This document shows positions 21,047-30,843 of a stretch of DNA of 64,000 nucleotides, in pieces; position 1 is the stretch's first letter; each line of letters opens with the position of its first letter. Position numbers and translations under genes: made by a program. This stretch comes from an uncultured Spirochaetota bacterium (GTDB taxonomy: Bacteria > Spirochaetota > Spirochaetia > SZUA-6 > Fen-1364). The stretch covers positions 512,001-576,000 of the forward strand of contig CAVTHO010000007.1 in the NCBI GenBank assembly GCA_963734545.1, given 5' to 3'. The notes beneath the pieces are model-generated. The model searched no databases and was not told the origin of the DNA. It was given only the letters and a program-made list of their open reading frames with translations.

Positions 21047-22830
21047 AGATTGGTGCGTGGATCGCCGAGCTGGGCAAGGAGCCCTTGCCGGGCATGCGCG
21101 AATCGGATCTTTCCGGCAGGCCGTACGCGACCATGGCGATGATCTTCTGCCTGGCGGCGATCATCATCGTGCCGCTTCTTCAGTCTTTCAGGGGGCTGGA
21201 CCTCACGGATACAGGATTCGTGGCGACCAACCAGCGCCTCATTTTCAGCGACCCTGCGCGCGTGGCATACTGGTTTCACCTGTGGCTTACAAATATCCTG
21301 GGTGGAGTGGTCGATCTCATCTTCGGCCGCTGGGGACTGCTGCCCATGAAACTGGCAGCCGCGGTCATTTTCTGGGGAACCGCGGCAGCCGCCTTCAAGC
21401 TTTTCAAGTCGGCATTGCCCCGGGAGCTTGTCTGGGTTGGAGTGACCGTCTCGATCGTCTTCGGCTTTGCCGACAAGATCAACATCATTCATTACAACAA
21501 CCTGTCCGCCCTTTTCATGGCCCTCGGGGCCTGGTTGATCACAGATGGCTGCATTTCGAAACGGCGCGGGCTGTTGTTTGCCGCTGGATTCACGCTGGGG
21601 ATGAACGTGCTGGTGCGCGTGCCCAATGCGCTGGGCCTTGGTCTCATCTTCATCCCGCTCATACTCGATGCGGTCACGGGCGGCAGGTCCGGACGCCTTC
21701 GCGCGGATTCCCGGGGGGTGCGCCTCTACATTGCGGGTGCAATCGCCGCGCTGCTCATAGGCTTCTCGGTGATGGCAGCTCTCGGTCACCTCCCACTCTA
21801 TCTTGCCTCCCTGCGTGACCTGGGTGCTTCAACAGGAACGGAAGGCTCGCAATACCGCTCGTCCCTGTTGTTCCTGCGGCCTGCGCGGGACGGCGTGCTC
21901 GCCGTCGTGCTGGGGGCGCTTAGCCTCGCCTGTATCACGGTTTTCGCCGCAGTGATCGGCTTGCTGAAAAGCCGCATCATGCGGACCGGGCTGCTCGTGC
22001 TGGCAGGCATTCTGCTGTGCGTTGCCTTTTTCCGCGGCTTTCCCGGCGATCCGGTAAGCTACACGGCCTTCCGCGCAATTGCAGGCCTGGGGTACCTTGC
22101 CGCCCTTGCTGCCGCCTTGTTTCTCGTTGCCCCCGGAGATGAGCGGCTCAGGGCGGGCTCGGCCATGGCCGCTGCCGTAGTGATCGTCCTCACCGTGGGA
22201 TCGGATACGGCGATCAAGGTTTCCACCTACGCGTTCCCTCTCCTCGTGCCTGGCATCCTTGGGGTCCTGAGCCGGATAGGCAGGATCAAATTGCCGCCGA
22301 GCGAACGCGGCTTTCCGTCGCTTTCTGCCCTGGTCGTGGTGGTTGTCCTTGGAGCCCTGTCGGTATTCGGCATCGCGCGCAGCATCTACAGGGACACCTT
22401 CAGGATGACACGCACCGTCAATCACCCGATGCTGGCAGGTATCTTCACGAGCCCGGCCCGCGCCCAGGCACTGGAAGAGGCCCTGCCGGTCATTTCTTCC
22501 TTCGCGCCGCCGGGGAGCGATCTGCTGGCATATGACAGCCTGGGCCTCATTCATTTCGCCACCCGCACCAGGCCGTACCTGGACAATCCCTGGCCGGCTC
22601 TCTATCCGTCCTCCGAGTTGGAATCGAGGCTCAAGGCAAGAGAAGAGCAGGGGCCCCTGCCGGTCGTGGTCCTTGCCGCGCACAATCCCCGTTCGGCCGC
22701 GTGGCCGATGAATCCTCAGTTGCCCGTGCGCGTGGACATAGTCAGGGCATTCATCGAGCGGCATGGGTATACTCTGAAATGGCAGAATGACGCTCTTGCC
22801 GTCTACCTGCCGCCGGACACAAAACCATGA
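21043..22830 (+). CDS. Polytopic GT-C-fold (ArnT/GtrC-like) membrane glycosyltransferase
   Basis: About 12 hydrophobic segments, acidic first loop GLDLTDTGF, HYNNLS, and a soluble C-terminal domain. Lies directly upstream of gtrB- and gtrA-like genes. Confidence 0.6.
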   Translation: MKIGAWIAELGKEPLPGMRESDLSGRPYATMAMIFCLAAIIIVPLLQSFRGLDLTDTGFVATNQRLIFSDPARVAYWFHLWLTNILGGVVDLIFGRWGLLPMKLAAAVIFWGTAAAAFKLFKSALPRELVWVGVTVSIVFGFADKINIIHYNNLSALFMALGAWLITDGCISKRRGLLFAAGFTLGMNVLVRVPNALGLGLIFIPLILDAVTGGRSGRLRADSRGVRLYIAGAIAALLIGFSVMAALGHLPLYLASLRDLGASTGTEGSQYRSSLLFLRPARDGVLAVVLGALSLACITVFAAVIGLLKSRIMRTGLLVLAGILLCVAFFRGFPGDPVSYTAFRAIAGLGYLAALAAALFLVAPGDERLRAGSAMAAAVVIVLTVGSDTAIKVSTYAFPLLVPGILGVLSRIGRIKLPPSERGFPSLSALVVVVVLGALSVFGIARSIYRDTFRMTRTVNHPMLAGIFTSPARAQALEEALPVISSFAPPGSDLLAYDSLGLIHFATRTRPYLDNPWPALYPSSELESRLKAREEQGPLPVVVLAAHNPRSAAWPMNPQLPVRVDIVRAFIERHGYTLKWQNDALAVYLPPDTKP

Positions 22831-23747
22831 AACTATCCGTCTGCATTCCTGTCTACAACGGCGCGAAAACAATAGGCGCCCTCGTTGAGCGCGTCATGCA
22901 TGTCTGCGGAAACCGCGACCTGGACATTGTCCTGGTCAATGACGGAAGCCGTGATTCGAGCGAAGAGGTCTGCAATGGACTGGCAGAACGCTTTGCGCCC
23001 GTCACCGCCATAACGCTGCGAAAAAACTTCGGCGAGCATAATGCGGTAATGTGTGCCCTGGCAAATTGCACAGGTGACTATGCGGCCGTTATCGACGACG
23101 ATTTCCAGAATCCACCGGAGGAAATCCAGAAGCTGCTGGACGAGGCACAGAAGGGCTACGACGTTGTCTATTCGAAGTACCGGCACAAGAAACACAACCT
23201 CTTTCGCAACCTGGGCAGCTCGTTCAATGACATGATGGCCACTGCGCTCATGCGGAAGCCGAAGGACCTGTACCTGAGCTCATTCAAGGTCATTGCCCGG
23301 CCGATCATAGACGAGATCGTGAAGTACAAGGGCCCCTTCCCGTACATTGACGGCTTGATCCTTCGCGCCACCGCCTCCATCTCCTCGGTGTACGTCGAGC
23401 ACAGCGCGCGGGAAGAAGGGCGCTCGAACTACACGCTCGGCAAGCTGGTCAGCTTGTGGCTCAACATGTTCGTCAACTTCTCCATACGCCCCATGAGGGT
23501 GATCAGCCTGGTCGGGTTCGCGACATCGGCTCTCAGCTTCGTACTCGGGATCGCTTTCCTCCTGGAGAGAATCCGCTACCCCAAAGATCCTCCGGGATGG
23601 GCTTCGATAGTTGTTCTGGTGCTCTTCCTCGGTGGAGTCCAGACGCTGGCCCTCGGCATCATCGGCGAGTATGTGGGCAAGAACTATCTCGACAGGAATG
23701 GGACCCCCCAGTGGACGATAAAAAGCAAACGCTCGCGCGGGAGGTGA
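22827..23747 (+). CDS. Polyprenol-phosphate glycosyltransferase, GtrB/ArnC-like GT2
   Basis: Motifs SVCIPVYNG, LVNDGSRD, KNFGEHNA, IDDDFQNPPE and REEGRSNY, plus two C-terminal TM helices ending in GIIGEYVG. Confidence 0.9.
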   Translation: MKLSVCIPVYNGAKTIGALVERVMHVCGNRDLDIVLVNDGSRDSSEEVCNGLAERFAPVTAITLRKNFGEHNAVMCALANCTGDYAAVIDDDFQNPPEEIQKLLDEAQKGYDVVYSKYRHKKHNLFRNLGSSFNDMMATALMRKPKDLYLSSFKVIARPIIDEIVKYKGPFPYIDGLILRATASISSVYVEHSAREEGRSNYTLGKLVSLWLNMFVNFSIRPMRVISLVGFATSALSFVLGIAFLLERIRYPKDPPGWASIVVLVLFLGGVQTLALGIIGEYVGKNYLDRNGTPQWTIKSKRSRGR

Positions 23748-24145
23748 TACCCCAGTTCATCCGATTCAATTTCGTCGGAATCTTGAACACAGGGCTCACC
23801 TATGCGATATACGCCGGCCTCGTGTTCGTCGGGGTCAATCATTTTGTCGCCCTCGGGGCCGACTACGCGGTGGGAATTGTCTTCAGCTTCATTATGAACA
23901 AGAGACTCACCTTTCGGGTCGCGGGCCGGGGAAGCATAAGCATGTTCGCCAGGATGGTGGGATCCTATGTGCTGATTCTCGCTCTGAACGCATTGATTCT
24001 CTGGGCGCTCGTTGACAGGGGCGGCGTGAACACGTACCTCGGACAAGGCATCGCGCTGGCCGTGGTCGTGCTTCTCTCCTTCGCGGCGCAGCGCGTCCTC
24101 GTGTTCAGGGTGCATCGGAGGGAGCCCAATGGCGAGCATCATTAA
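23744..24145 (+). CDS. GtrA-family polyprenol-P-sugar flippase
   Basis: GTGA overlap. QFIRFNFVGILNT and SFIMNKRLTF, four TM helices, about 133 aa. Confidence 0.85.
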   Translation: MIPQFIRFNFVGILNTGLTYAIYAGLVFVGVNHFVALGADYAVGIVFSFIMNKRLTFRVAGRGSISMFARMVGSYVLILALNALILWALVDRGGVNTYLGQGIALAVVVLLSFAAQRVLVFRVHRREPNGEHH

Positions 24146-24211
24146 GCTTCCGTCGCACAGCGACGCGAGGTGCGAGACGCTGCATGTTTTCTCACGCGTG
24201 AAGGGAGAGGC

Positions 24212-25084
24212 ATGAAAGGAATTGTGCTGGCAGGGGGCAAGGGCACGCGTCTGTACCCGGCAACACGTGTCATTTCAAAGCAGCTGCTCCCTGTCTACGA
24301 CAAGCCGATGATCTACTATCCCTTGTCGGTGTTGATGCTTGCGGGCATCCGGGAGGTGCTTGTCATCTCGACGCCCGAAGATACACCGAGGTTTGGTGAG
24401 CTGCTGGGAGACGGGTCCTCCTGGGGCATGCGCATCTGCTACGCGGCGCAGGAAAAGCCCGAAGGACTTGCGCAAGCTTTCCTCATCGGCGCCGAGTTCA
24501 TAGGCCGCGATTCCGTTGCGCTCATACTTGGCGACAATCTCTTCTTCGGCCAGAGCTTCACAGAGCTTCTGAAAAAAGCGTCGGAGTTGAAAAAAGGCGC
24601 TGTCATATTCGGCTATCCTGTCAAGGACCCCCAGAGATTCGGCATCGTGGAGCTGGACGCGGATGGTCGCGCGCTCTCCATCGAGGAAAAGCCTGCTCAG
24701 CCGAGATCCAAGTACGCCGTCACGGGACTGTATTTCTATGATAACGATGTCGTGAATATCGCTCGGGGCATCAGGCCATCGGCGCGGGGAGAGCTGGAGA
24801 TCACGGATGTGAACCGCGCGTACCTGGCGCGGGGGGCGCTTCGCGTCGAGCTCCTGGGCCGCGGCTTCGCGTGGCTGGACACCGGCACCAGTGAAAGCCT
24901 GTTGGAGGCCAGCATGTTCGTGCAGGCAATTCAGCACCGGCAGGGCTACCAAATCGCGTGCCTGGAGGAGATCGCCTTTTCCAACGGCTGGATCGGTGCG
25001 GACGAGCTTGAGCGCGCCGCGCGTGCGCATGGATCGAGCGAATACGGGGAGTACCTGCGCGAGCTCCACCGCGGACTTCCCTGA
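24212..25084 (+). CDS. rfbA: Glucose-1-phosphate thymidylyltransferase
   Basis: Motifs [45 protein letters not shown] and WLDTGT. Confidence 0.97.
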   Translation: MKGIVLAGGKGTRLYPATRVISKQLLPVYDKPMIYYPLSVLMLAGIREVLVISTPEDTPRFGELLGDGSSWGMRICYAAQEKPEGLAQAFLIGAEFIGRDSVALILGDNLFFGQSFTELLKKASELKKGAVIFGYPVKDPQRFGIVELDADGRALSIEEKPAQPRSKYAVTGLYFYDNDVVNIARGIRPSARGELEITDVNRAYLARGALRVELLGRGFAWLDTGTSESLLEASMFVQAIQHRQGYQIACLEEIAFSNGWIGADELERAARAHGSSEYGEYLRELHRGLP

Positions 25085-25090
25085 CAAGGC

Positions 25091-26167
25091 GTGATGATGA
25101 GGGATTTCAAGACAATCCTCGTCACCGGCGGGGCGGGCTTCATCGGCTCGAATCTCGTTCGGTATCTTTTCGGGCCTGCGGGCTTCAAGGGAAAGATCGT
25201 CAATCTCGATTCCCTGACGTATGCGGGCAACCTGGAAAGCCTTGCGGACGTGGCGGCGGAGTTCGGCGCGCGCCGGTACTGCTTCGAGCGCGTCGATATC
25301 CGGGACATCGAGGCAGTCCGTCTCGTTTTCGACCGACATCGCCCGGATGCCGTGGTCCACCTGGCGGCGGAGAGCCATGTCGACAGGTCGATCATCGGAC
25401 CGCGCGACTTCCTGGAGACGAACGTCCTGGGGACCTTCAACCTCCTCGAGGCTGCCCGCGCAGCGTGGAAGGATCGATCAGATGTGCTCTTCCACCACGT
25501 GAGCACCGACGAGGTATACGGCTCTCTCGGAGAGACGGGGAAATTCACGGAAGAAACTCCCTATGACCCTCACTCGCCTTACTCCGCGAGCAAGGCGGCC
25601 AGCGATCATCTCGTCCTCGCCTATTTCCATACGTACGGGCTCCCCATCACCCTCTCCAACTGCTCCAACAACTACGGACCCTACCAGTTTCCGGAGAAGT
25701 TCCTCCCCCTCATGATCATCAACATGCTCGAAGGCAAGAGCCTGCCGGTGTACGGAGACGGGCGGAATGTCCGGGACTGGCTCTACGTGGATGATCATGC
25801 GGCTGCGATCTGGCTGATCATGACGGCAGGCACACCCGGGGAGAAGTACAATGTCGGGGGGGAGACCGAGTGGGAGAACATCCGGCTCCTCCATGAGCTC
25901 ATGTCAGTGGTTTCGAAGAGCACGGGTCGTGAGGCGCGCGACTATGAGCGCCTCATTACATTTGTGAAGGACAGGCCCGGTCATGACCGCCGCTATGCCA
26001 TTGATTGCTCGAAGATCAAGCGTGAGCTGGGCTGGACACCCTCCTTGTCCTTCGCGGAAGGGCTTCAGCGCACCGCAGACTGGTACGTGGGCAACCCGGC
26101 CTGGATCGAGCGCGTTCGCAGCGGGGCCTACCGGCAGTGGATCGAGACCAACTACGGGTCACGGTGA
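25091..26167 (+). CDS. rfbB: dTDP-glucose 4,6-dehydratase
   Basis: Motifs LVTGGAGFIGSN, HLAAESHVDRSI, HVSTDEVYG, SPYSASKA and DRPGHDRRY. Confidence 0.97.
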   Translation: MMMRDFKTILVTGGAGFIGSNLVRYLFGPAGFKGKIVNLDSLTYAGNLESLADVAAEFGARRYCFERVDIRDIEAVRLVFDRHRPDAVVHLAAESHVDRSIIGPRDFLETNVLGTFNLLEAARAAWKDRSDVLFHHVSTDEVYGSLGETGKFTEETPYDPHSPYSASKAASDHLVLAYFHTYGLPITLSNCSNNYGPYQFPEKFLPLMIINMLEGKSLPVYGDGRNVRDWLYVDDHAAAIWLIMTAGTPGEKYNVGGETEWENIRLLHELMSVVSKSTGREARDYERLITFVKDRPGHDRRYAIDCSKIKRELGWTPSLSFAEGLQRTADWYVGNPAWIERVRSGAYRQWIETNYGSR

Positions 26168-27288
26168 TGAACGTCCCGCCGAAGGTTCTCATCGCTTATA
26201 ACACCTCCTGGTACGTCTGGATGTTCCGGATGCCTCTGATCCGGTCCCTGCAGGCACGGGGATTCGAGGTCATCGTCCTGGCGCCCCACGACGAGTACAC
26301 GAGCCGCATCACTGCCGCGGGCATCGGCTGCCGCGAAATCCGCATGCGCGCCAAGGGCAGGAATCCATTCCAGGAGCTTCTGACCACGCGCGCTTTCCTC
26401 CGCGCCTACCGGGAAATCCGCCCCGACGTCGTCCTGCACTATACGATCAAGCCCAACCTCTACGGCTCCCTGGCCGCGCGCATCCTGCGGATCCCCGCGA
26501 TCGACAACGTCACCGGGCTCGGCGCCGTCTTTGACCGGGGCGGTCTGCTGCAGGCTGCGGTGCGTCTTCTCTACAAGGCTGCCTTCGCGCGCGTCGAGCG
26601 GGTTTTCTTCCAGAACCCGGACGATCGCGCTTTGTTCGTTCTTGGCGGCATGGTACGAGAGGCCCGTGCCGGCCTGCTTCCCGGCTCCGGGGTCGACCTG
26701 GACAAATTCTCGCCCCAGCCGCGCGGAACGGGTGCCTTCAGCTTTCTGTTCGTGGGACGGCTCCTCAAGGCAAAAGGGGTCGAGGAACTCATCAATGCGG
26801 CACGAATAGTCCAGGCTCGGCGGCCGGGTACCCGGGTCGTGCTGCTGGGCAAGCGTGACGACGAAGATCCCGGAACGGCTGATCCGGGCCTCCTGATGCA
26901 GTCAGGAGACGTTGTCGAGCTGGCGGGAAACGTCGACGATGTGCGGCCGTACCTCGCGCAGGCGGACTGCGTCGTCCTGCCTTCCTACTATCGCGAGGGG
27001 ACCCCGCGATCCCTCCTGGAGGCTGCTGCCATGGGTAAGCCTCTCATCGCGGCGGACTCGATCGGGACCAGGGAGCCGGTCCAGAACGGGGTGAACGGCT
27101 TTCTCTGCCGGCCGCGTGACCCGGATGACCTGGCCGCAAAGATGCTTGCAATGATCGAGCTTTCTGATGAAGCTCGCGCCCGGATGGGAACCGCGTCCCG
27201 AAGGATCGCCGAGGAGCGCTTTGACGAACGCATTGTGACGGAACGATACATTGAACTCATCGACCACCTGGTCGGGAAGGCGAGATAG
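26167..27288 (+). CDS. GT4 glycosyltransferase (PglA/CapM-like)
   Basis: Motifs YTIKPNLYG, NVTGLG, FFQNPDD, PGSGVD and LPSYYREGTPRSLLEAAAMG. Confidence 0.9.
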   Translation: MNVPPKVLIAYNTSWYVWMFRMPLIRSLQARGFEVIVLAPHDEYTSRITAAGIGCREIRMRAKGRNPFQELLTTRAFLRAYREIRPDVVLHYTIKPNLYGSLAARILRIPAIDNVTGLGAVFDRGGLLQAAVRLLYKAAFARVERVFFQNPDDRALFVLGGMVREARAGLLPGSGVDLDKFSPQPRGTGAFSFLFVGRLLKAKGVEELINAARIVQARRPGTRVVLLGKRDDEDPGTADPGLLMQSGDVVELAGNVDDVRPYLAQADCVVLPSYYREGTPRSLLEAAAMGKPLIAADSIGTREPVQNGVNGFLCRPRDPDDLAAKMLAMIELSDEARARMGTASRRIAEERFDERIVTERYIELIDHLVGKAR

Positions 27289-27289
27289 C

Positions 27290-28339
27290 GTGCTGCATCT
27301 GGTCACGGGCGCTGCCGGCTTCATCGGTTTCCACCTGGCGCGCAAGCTCCTCGAACAGGGCGACGAGGTCGTCGGCGTGGATTGCCTCAATTCGTACTAC
27401 GACCCGTCGCTCAAGATGGCCCGTCTTTCCGAGCTGGGGATCGGTTCCGCGGCGGCACAGTGGGGTATCGAAGCCCCGAGCAGCCGCTATGACAAGCTCA
27501 CCTTTTTTCGGCTCTCGCTGGAAGACAGGGAAGGGATGGAGAAGCTCTTCGCGTCCCGCCATTTCGAGCGCGTGTGCAATCTCGCGGCGCAGGCGGGAGT
27601 GCGGTACAGCCTGGTCAATCCGCGCGCCTATGTCGAGTCGAATGTCAGTGGCTTTCTGAACGTTCTCGAGTGCTGCAGGGACGCACGCACACCCCACCTC
27701 GTTTATGCCTCCTCGTCGTCCGTGTACGGGCTGGACGCTGTCCGGCCTTCTTCCACGCGAGACCGCGCCGATCATCCAATGAGCATGTACGCGGCGACCA
27801 AGCGGGCCAATGAGCTGATGGCCCATACGTACAGCCACCTGTTCGGTTTGCCAACGACCGGCATTCGATTCTTCACTGTCTACGGCCCCTGGGGCAGGCC
27901 GGACATGGCTTACTTCAAGTTTGCCCAGGCCATCATGAATGGCCAGCCCATCGACGTGTACAATAACGGGGACATGCAGAGGGATTTCACCTACATAGAC
28001 GACGTCGTGGAAGGCATTCTTCGCATCATCGATCGGATCCCGGGTGCCGACACGTCGTGGGACCCTGGTCGCGCCGACCCCTCTTACTCAAGCGCCCCCT
28101 ATAGACTGTACAACCTGGGCAACAGCGCGCCCGAGCCGCTCTCAGGTTTCATCGCGGCGCTCGAAAACGTCCTGGGGCGGAAGGCAGTGAAGAAGTATCT
28201 TCCCCTGCAGCAGGGCGACGTGCAGGCGACGTGCGCGGACGTGGCGGATCTCGAACGCGATTTCGGCTGGAGGCCGCATACGAAGCTCGATGAGGGCCTG
28301 CGGCGCTTCGCGCAATGGTACCTGGCCCGGCTGAATTGA
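27290..28339 (+). CDS. UDP-glucuronate 4-epimerase (CapI/LpsL-like)
   Basis: Motifs LVTGAAGFIGFH, NLAAQAGVRYSL, YASSSSVYG, YAATK, RFFTVYGPWGRPDMA and QQGDV. Confidence 0.9.
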   Translation: MLHLVTGAAGFIGFHLARKLLEQGDEVVGVDCLNSYYDPSLKMARLSELGIGSAAAQWGIEAPSSRYDKLTFFRLSLEDREGMEKLFASRHFERVCNLAAQAGVRYSLVNPRAYVESNVSGFLNVLECCRDARTPHLVYASSSSVYGLDAVRPSSTRDRADHPMSMYAATKRANELMAHTYSHLFGLPTTGIRFFTVYGPWGRPDMAYFKFAQAIMNGQPIDVYNNGDMQRDFTYIDDVVEGILRIIDRIPGADTSWDPGRADPSYSSAPYRLYNLGNSAPEPLSGFIAALENVLGRKAVKKYLPLQQGDVQATCADVADLERDFGWRPHTKLDEGLRRFAQWYLARLN

Positions 28340-28349
28340 AAGGAACCGA

Positions 28350-29900
28350 ATGAAATCCGTCTTCACCAGAAATGACAGGATCATTCTGATCGCACTTGTC
28401 CTCTTTGCGCTTTTCTTTCGGCTGGCGACCCTCATGATGATCCATACCGGTGTGGACGAAAGGGACTATTGGTTCTCCGCAAAGGCGATTGCACATGGGC
28501 TGCCCTATCCGGACGTTACGCATCGGACCACCCGTTTCGCCGTTATCCTTCCGGTTGCCCTGGCGCAGGTGCTTTTCGGCAGTCATCCCAATGTGTATTA
28601 CGTGCTGCCCGTACTCAACTCGATGCTCCAGGCAGGCCTCGCTTTCCTCATCGGCCTGAGGCTTCGGGGGAGGCTTACCGGGTTCATCGCCGGACTCTCC
28701 CTCACGCTCTTTCCGTACATGATCCGCGCCGGAAGTCAGGTAAGGCCCGAGATCTTTTCCGTCACGTATATTCTCCTTGCCGTTTATTTCTTCACCACGT
28801 ACCTCGAGAGAACCGAAAAGCAAGCTGCCCCGCTGATCTGGACCGCCGTGTGGGTGTTCATCGCGTACGAGGCCAAGATCACCAACCTTTTTTTCGTCCC
28901 CGGGCTGCTCATCGCGATGCTCGCGTACAAAAAGAAGCCCCTGCAGGCAATTCTCTTCTGCGCAATCCTGTTGGGCCTGTTTCTGGCGGAAACCGGTCTC
29001 TATGCGGCGTTCACTCCGTACAAGCTCGGGGAGTTGGAGATCATCCTGAAGAACCACGTGTATCACGGAGAGGTCTTCCACGTTGCACGCGTCGTGGATC
29101 TCTTCCAGCGCTACTCCCGCGCTCACCTTCAGCTGTACTGGCAGATTCCGTTCGTGCTCTTCGCAGCAGCCGCAGTATTCTCCATTGTCCGCGGCGCCGA
29201 CAGAAGAACCTCCGCGATTGCCATAGCAGCGCTCAGTTTCTTCGTGGGGATAACCTTCGAGCTGGCGGGCTTCAACCCTCTCGTCCCTGCCGAGGGATTC
29301 ATCAACCGCTACTTCACTGCCGTCCTTGGCCCTGTATTTCTCGTTCTCTCGTTTGCCGCCGATGGAATTGTTGCAAGGCTCCTCAATCGAGGAACAGGCC
29401 GCACGCCTTCCGCCTCGCCGCGGTGGTACCTCGCTGTGCTTGGGCTCACGGTGTTTGCTGTTCTGGGCTCCTTTTCCTGGCCGAAACTGCCCGCGGGGAT
29501 GCGTGCGTACGCGCACTCGCCCCTGCAGCTGTCACAACATCCCCTGGTGATGAACGAGCGCTACCGGCTCGCTATAAACCGCGCCTATGTCGAGGGGATG
29601 CCCATTGTCGCGGTGGATGGCACAGGCGGGACGAACGCGATCCTGACCTGTCTCAACTACTACCTCGATCTCTCCCAGTACGCCAACCGCCGTCTCCCGG
29701 GCATTGACAGGATTCAACGGGGAGGGATGGGGTTCTACGTCGTTGGTCGACAGGGAAGCGCTGACTCGAAGGACAGATTCCTTGCCGCAATCAGGTCGCC
29801 TTTCCGAATTGCGGAGATTCCGGCTGGGCAGCTTCTGCAGCTGTCGGATGATTCACTGACGGGCGGCTCGCATGCCGCCAGCGAAGGCATCAATGAATAG
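28350..29900 (+). CDS. ArnT/PMT-like GT-C membrane glycosyltransferase
   Basis: TM1 followed by the acidic GVDERDY loop, SQVRPE and YEAKIT motifs, and about 11 TM segments. Confidence 0.65.
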   Translation: MKSVFTRNDRIILIALVLFALFFRLATLMMIHTGVDERDYWFSAKAIAHGLPYPDVTHRTTRFAVILPVALAQVLFGSHPNVYYVLPVLNSMLQAGLAFLIGLRLRGRLTGFIAGLSLTLFPYMIRAGSQVRPEIFSVTYILLAVYFFTTYLERTEKQAAPLIWTAVWVFIAYEAKITNLFFVPGLLIAMLAYKKKPLQAILFCAILLGLFLAETGLYAAFTPYKLGELEIILKNHVYHGEVFHVARVVDLFQRYSRAHLQLYWQIPFVLFAAAAVFSIVRGADRRTSAIAIAALSFFVGITFELAGFNPLVPAEGFINRYFTAVLGPVFLVLSFAADGIVARLLNRGTGRTPSASPRWYLAVLGLTVFAVLGSFSWPKLPAGMRAYAHSPLQLSQHPLVMNERYRLAINRAYVEGMPIVAVDGTGGTNAILTCLNYYLDLSQYANRRLPGIDRIQRGGMGFYVVGRQGSADSKDRFLAAIRSPFRIAEIPAGQLLQLSDDSLTGGSHAASEGINE

Positions 29901-30843
29901 GAAGGTCCGAGGCCTGTTGCAGGCATCCGTGGGGGTGCTGATAGTCGTGGCGGTCGCGTTCTTTTTCCGGGCCCAGTTCGTGAAGAACTGGAACCAGGTG
30001 AGGACTCTCCATTTCCAGCTCAACTATGTCCTCCTGTCGCTGGCCCTGGTCTGTATCCTGGTCGCGTACCTGGTCAACACGGCTGCCTGGCGGTACGGCA
30101 TCAACCTGTTCGCCACCCGGCGGCCTTTCTCTTTTCGCCAGAGCATCGGCATGGTCAACACGACCCAGCTGACCAAGTACATTCCCGGCAAGATCTGGGG
30201 ATATGCGATGCAGGCGGCACTCGTGGACAGGAACGAATTTCCCATATCGACCGTCCTTTCCATCAACCTGTTCCTGGCGCTCTCGAGCGCATTTCTCTGC
30301 CTCCTGCTGGGCGGTCTGTACTTCATTTTCTTTTCCCTCCTCCTCGCGCCGCTGGTCTCGGTCATTGCCACCGCTGCTATTCTGCTCGTCTACGTGTTTT
30401 TCCTGGGATTCAACGGCAGCTTCTTCTCAATTCTCACGAAGGTATTCGAGCGGATCCTCAGGAGGCCGATCAGCGCCTGCCGGTTCACCCTGAGGCAGAT
30501 CATGTCAATGCAGCTGTTCATGCTGATCTCAGCCGCTGCCCTTGGAGCCTCGGCGCTGCTCTGCGCCCTCGGCATGGGTTTCCCCGTGCGCGGGAGGCTG
30601 GTGCTCACGGTGGTCTCGGGATTCCTCTTCTCGGATACCGTCGGATTCCTGGCGTTCCTGGTCCCCGGCGGCGTGGGTGTCCGTGAGAGCCTGTTCTACC
30701 TGCTGCTCCGGGAGCACGGCGGCGAATCATTTGCCCTGATCCTGCCGATTGTCATGCGCCTGATGTCGATGCTTGTCGATGCTCTCCTGGGCCTGCTCGG
30801 CCTGGTCTACCTCCGCACGTACATAAAGGAAGGCGCGCAGTGA
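29893..30843 (+). CDS. UPF0104/lysylphosphatidylglycerol-synthase-TM-type flippase
   Basis: Motifs KYIPGKIW, VPGGVGVRE and VMRL; hydrophobic throughout. Confidence 0.8.
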   Translation: MNRKVRGLLQASVGVLIVVAVAFFFRAQFVKNWNQVRTLHFQLNYVLLSLALVCILVAYLVNTAAWRYGINLFATRRPFSFRQSIGMVNTTQLTKYIPGKIWGYAMQAALVDRNEFPISTVLSINLFLALSSAFLCLLLGGLYFIFFSLLLAPLVSVIATAAILLVYVFFLGFNGSFFSILTKVFERILRRPISACRFTLRQIMSMQLFMLISAAALGASALLCALGMGFPVRGRLVLTVVSGFLFSDTVGFLAFLVPGGVGVRESLFYLLLREHGGESFALILPIVMRLMSMLVDALLGLLGLVYLRTYIKEGAQ

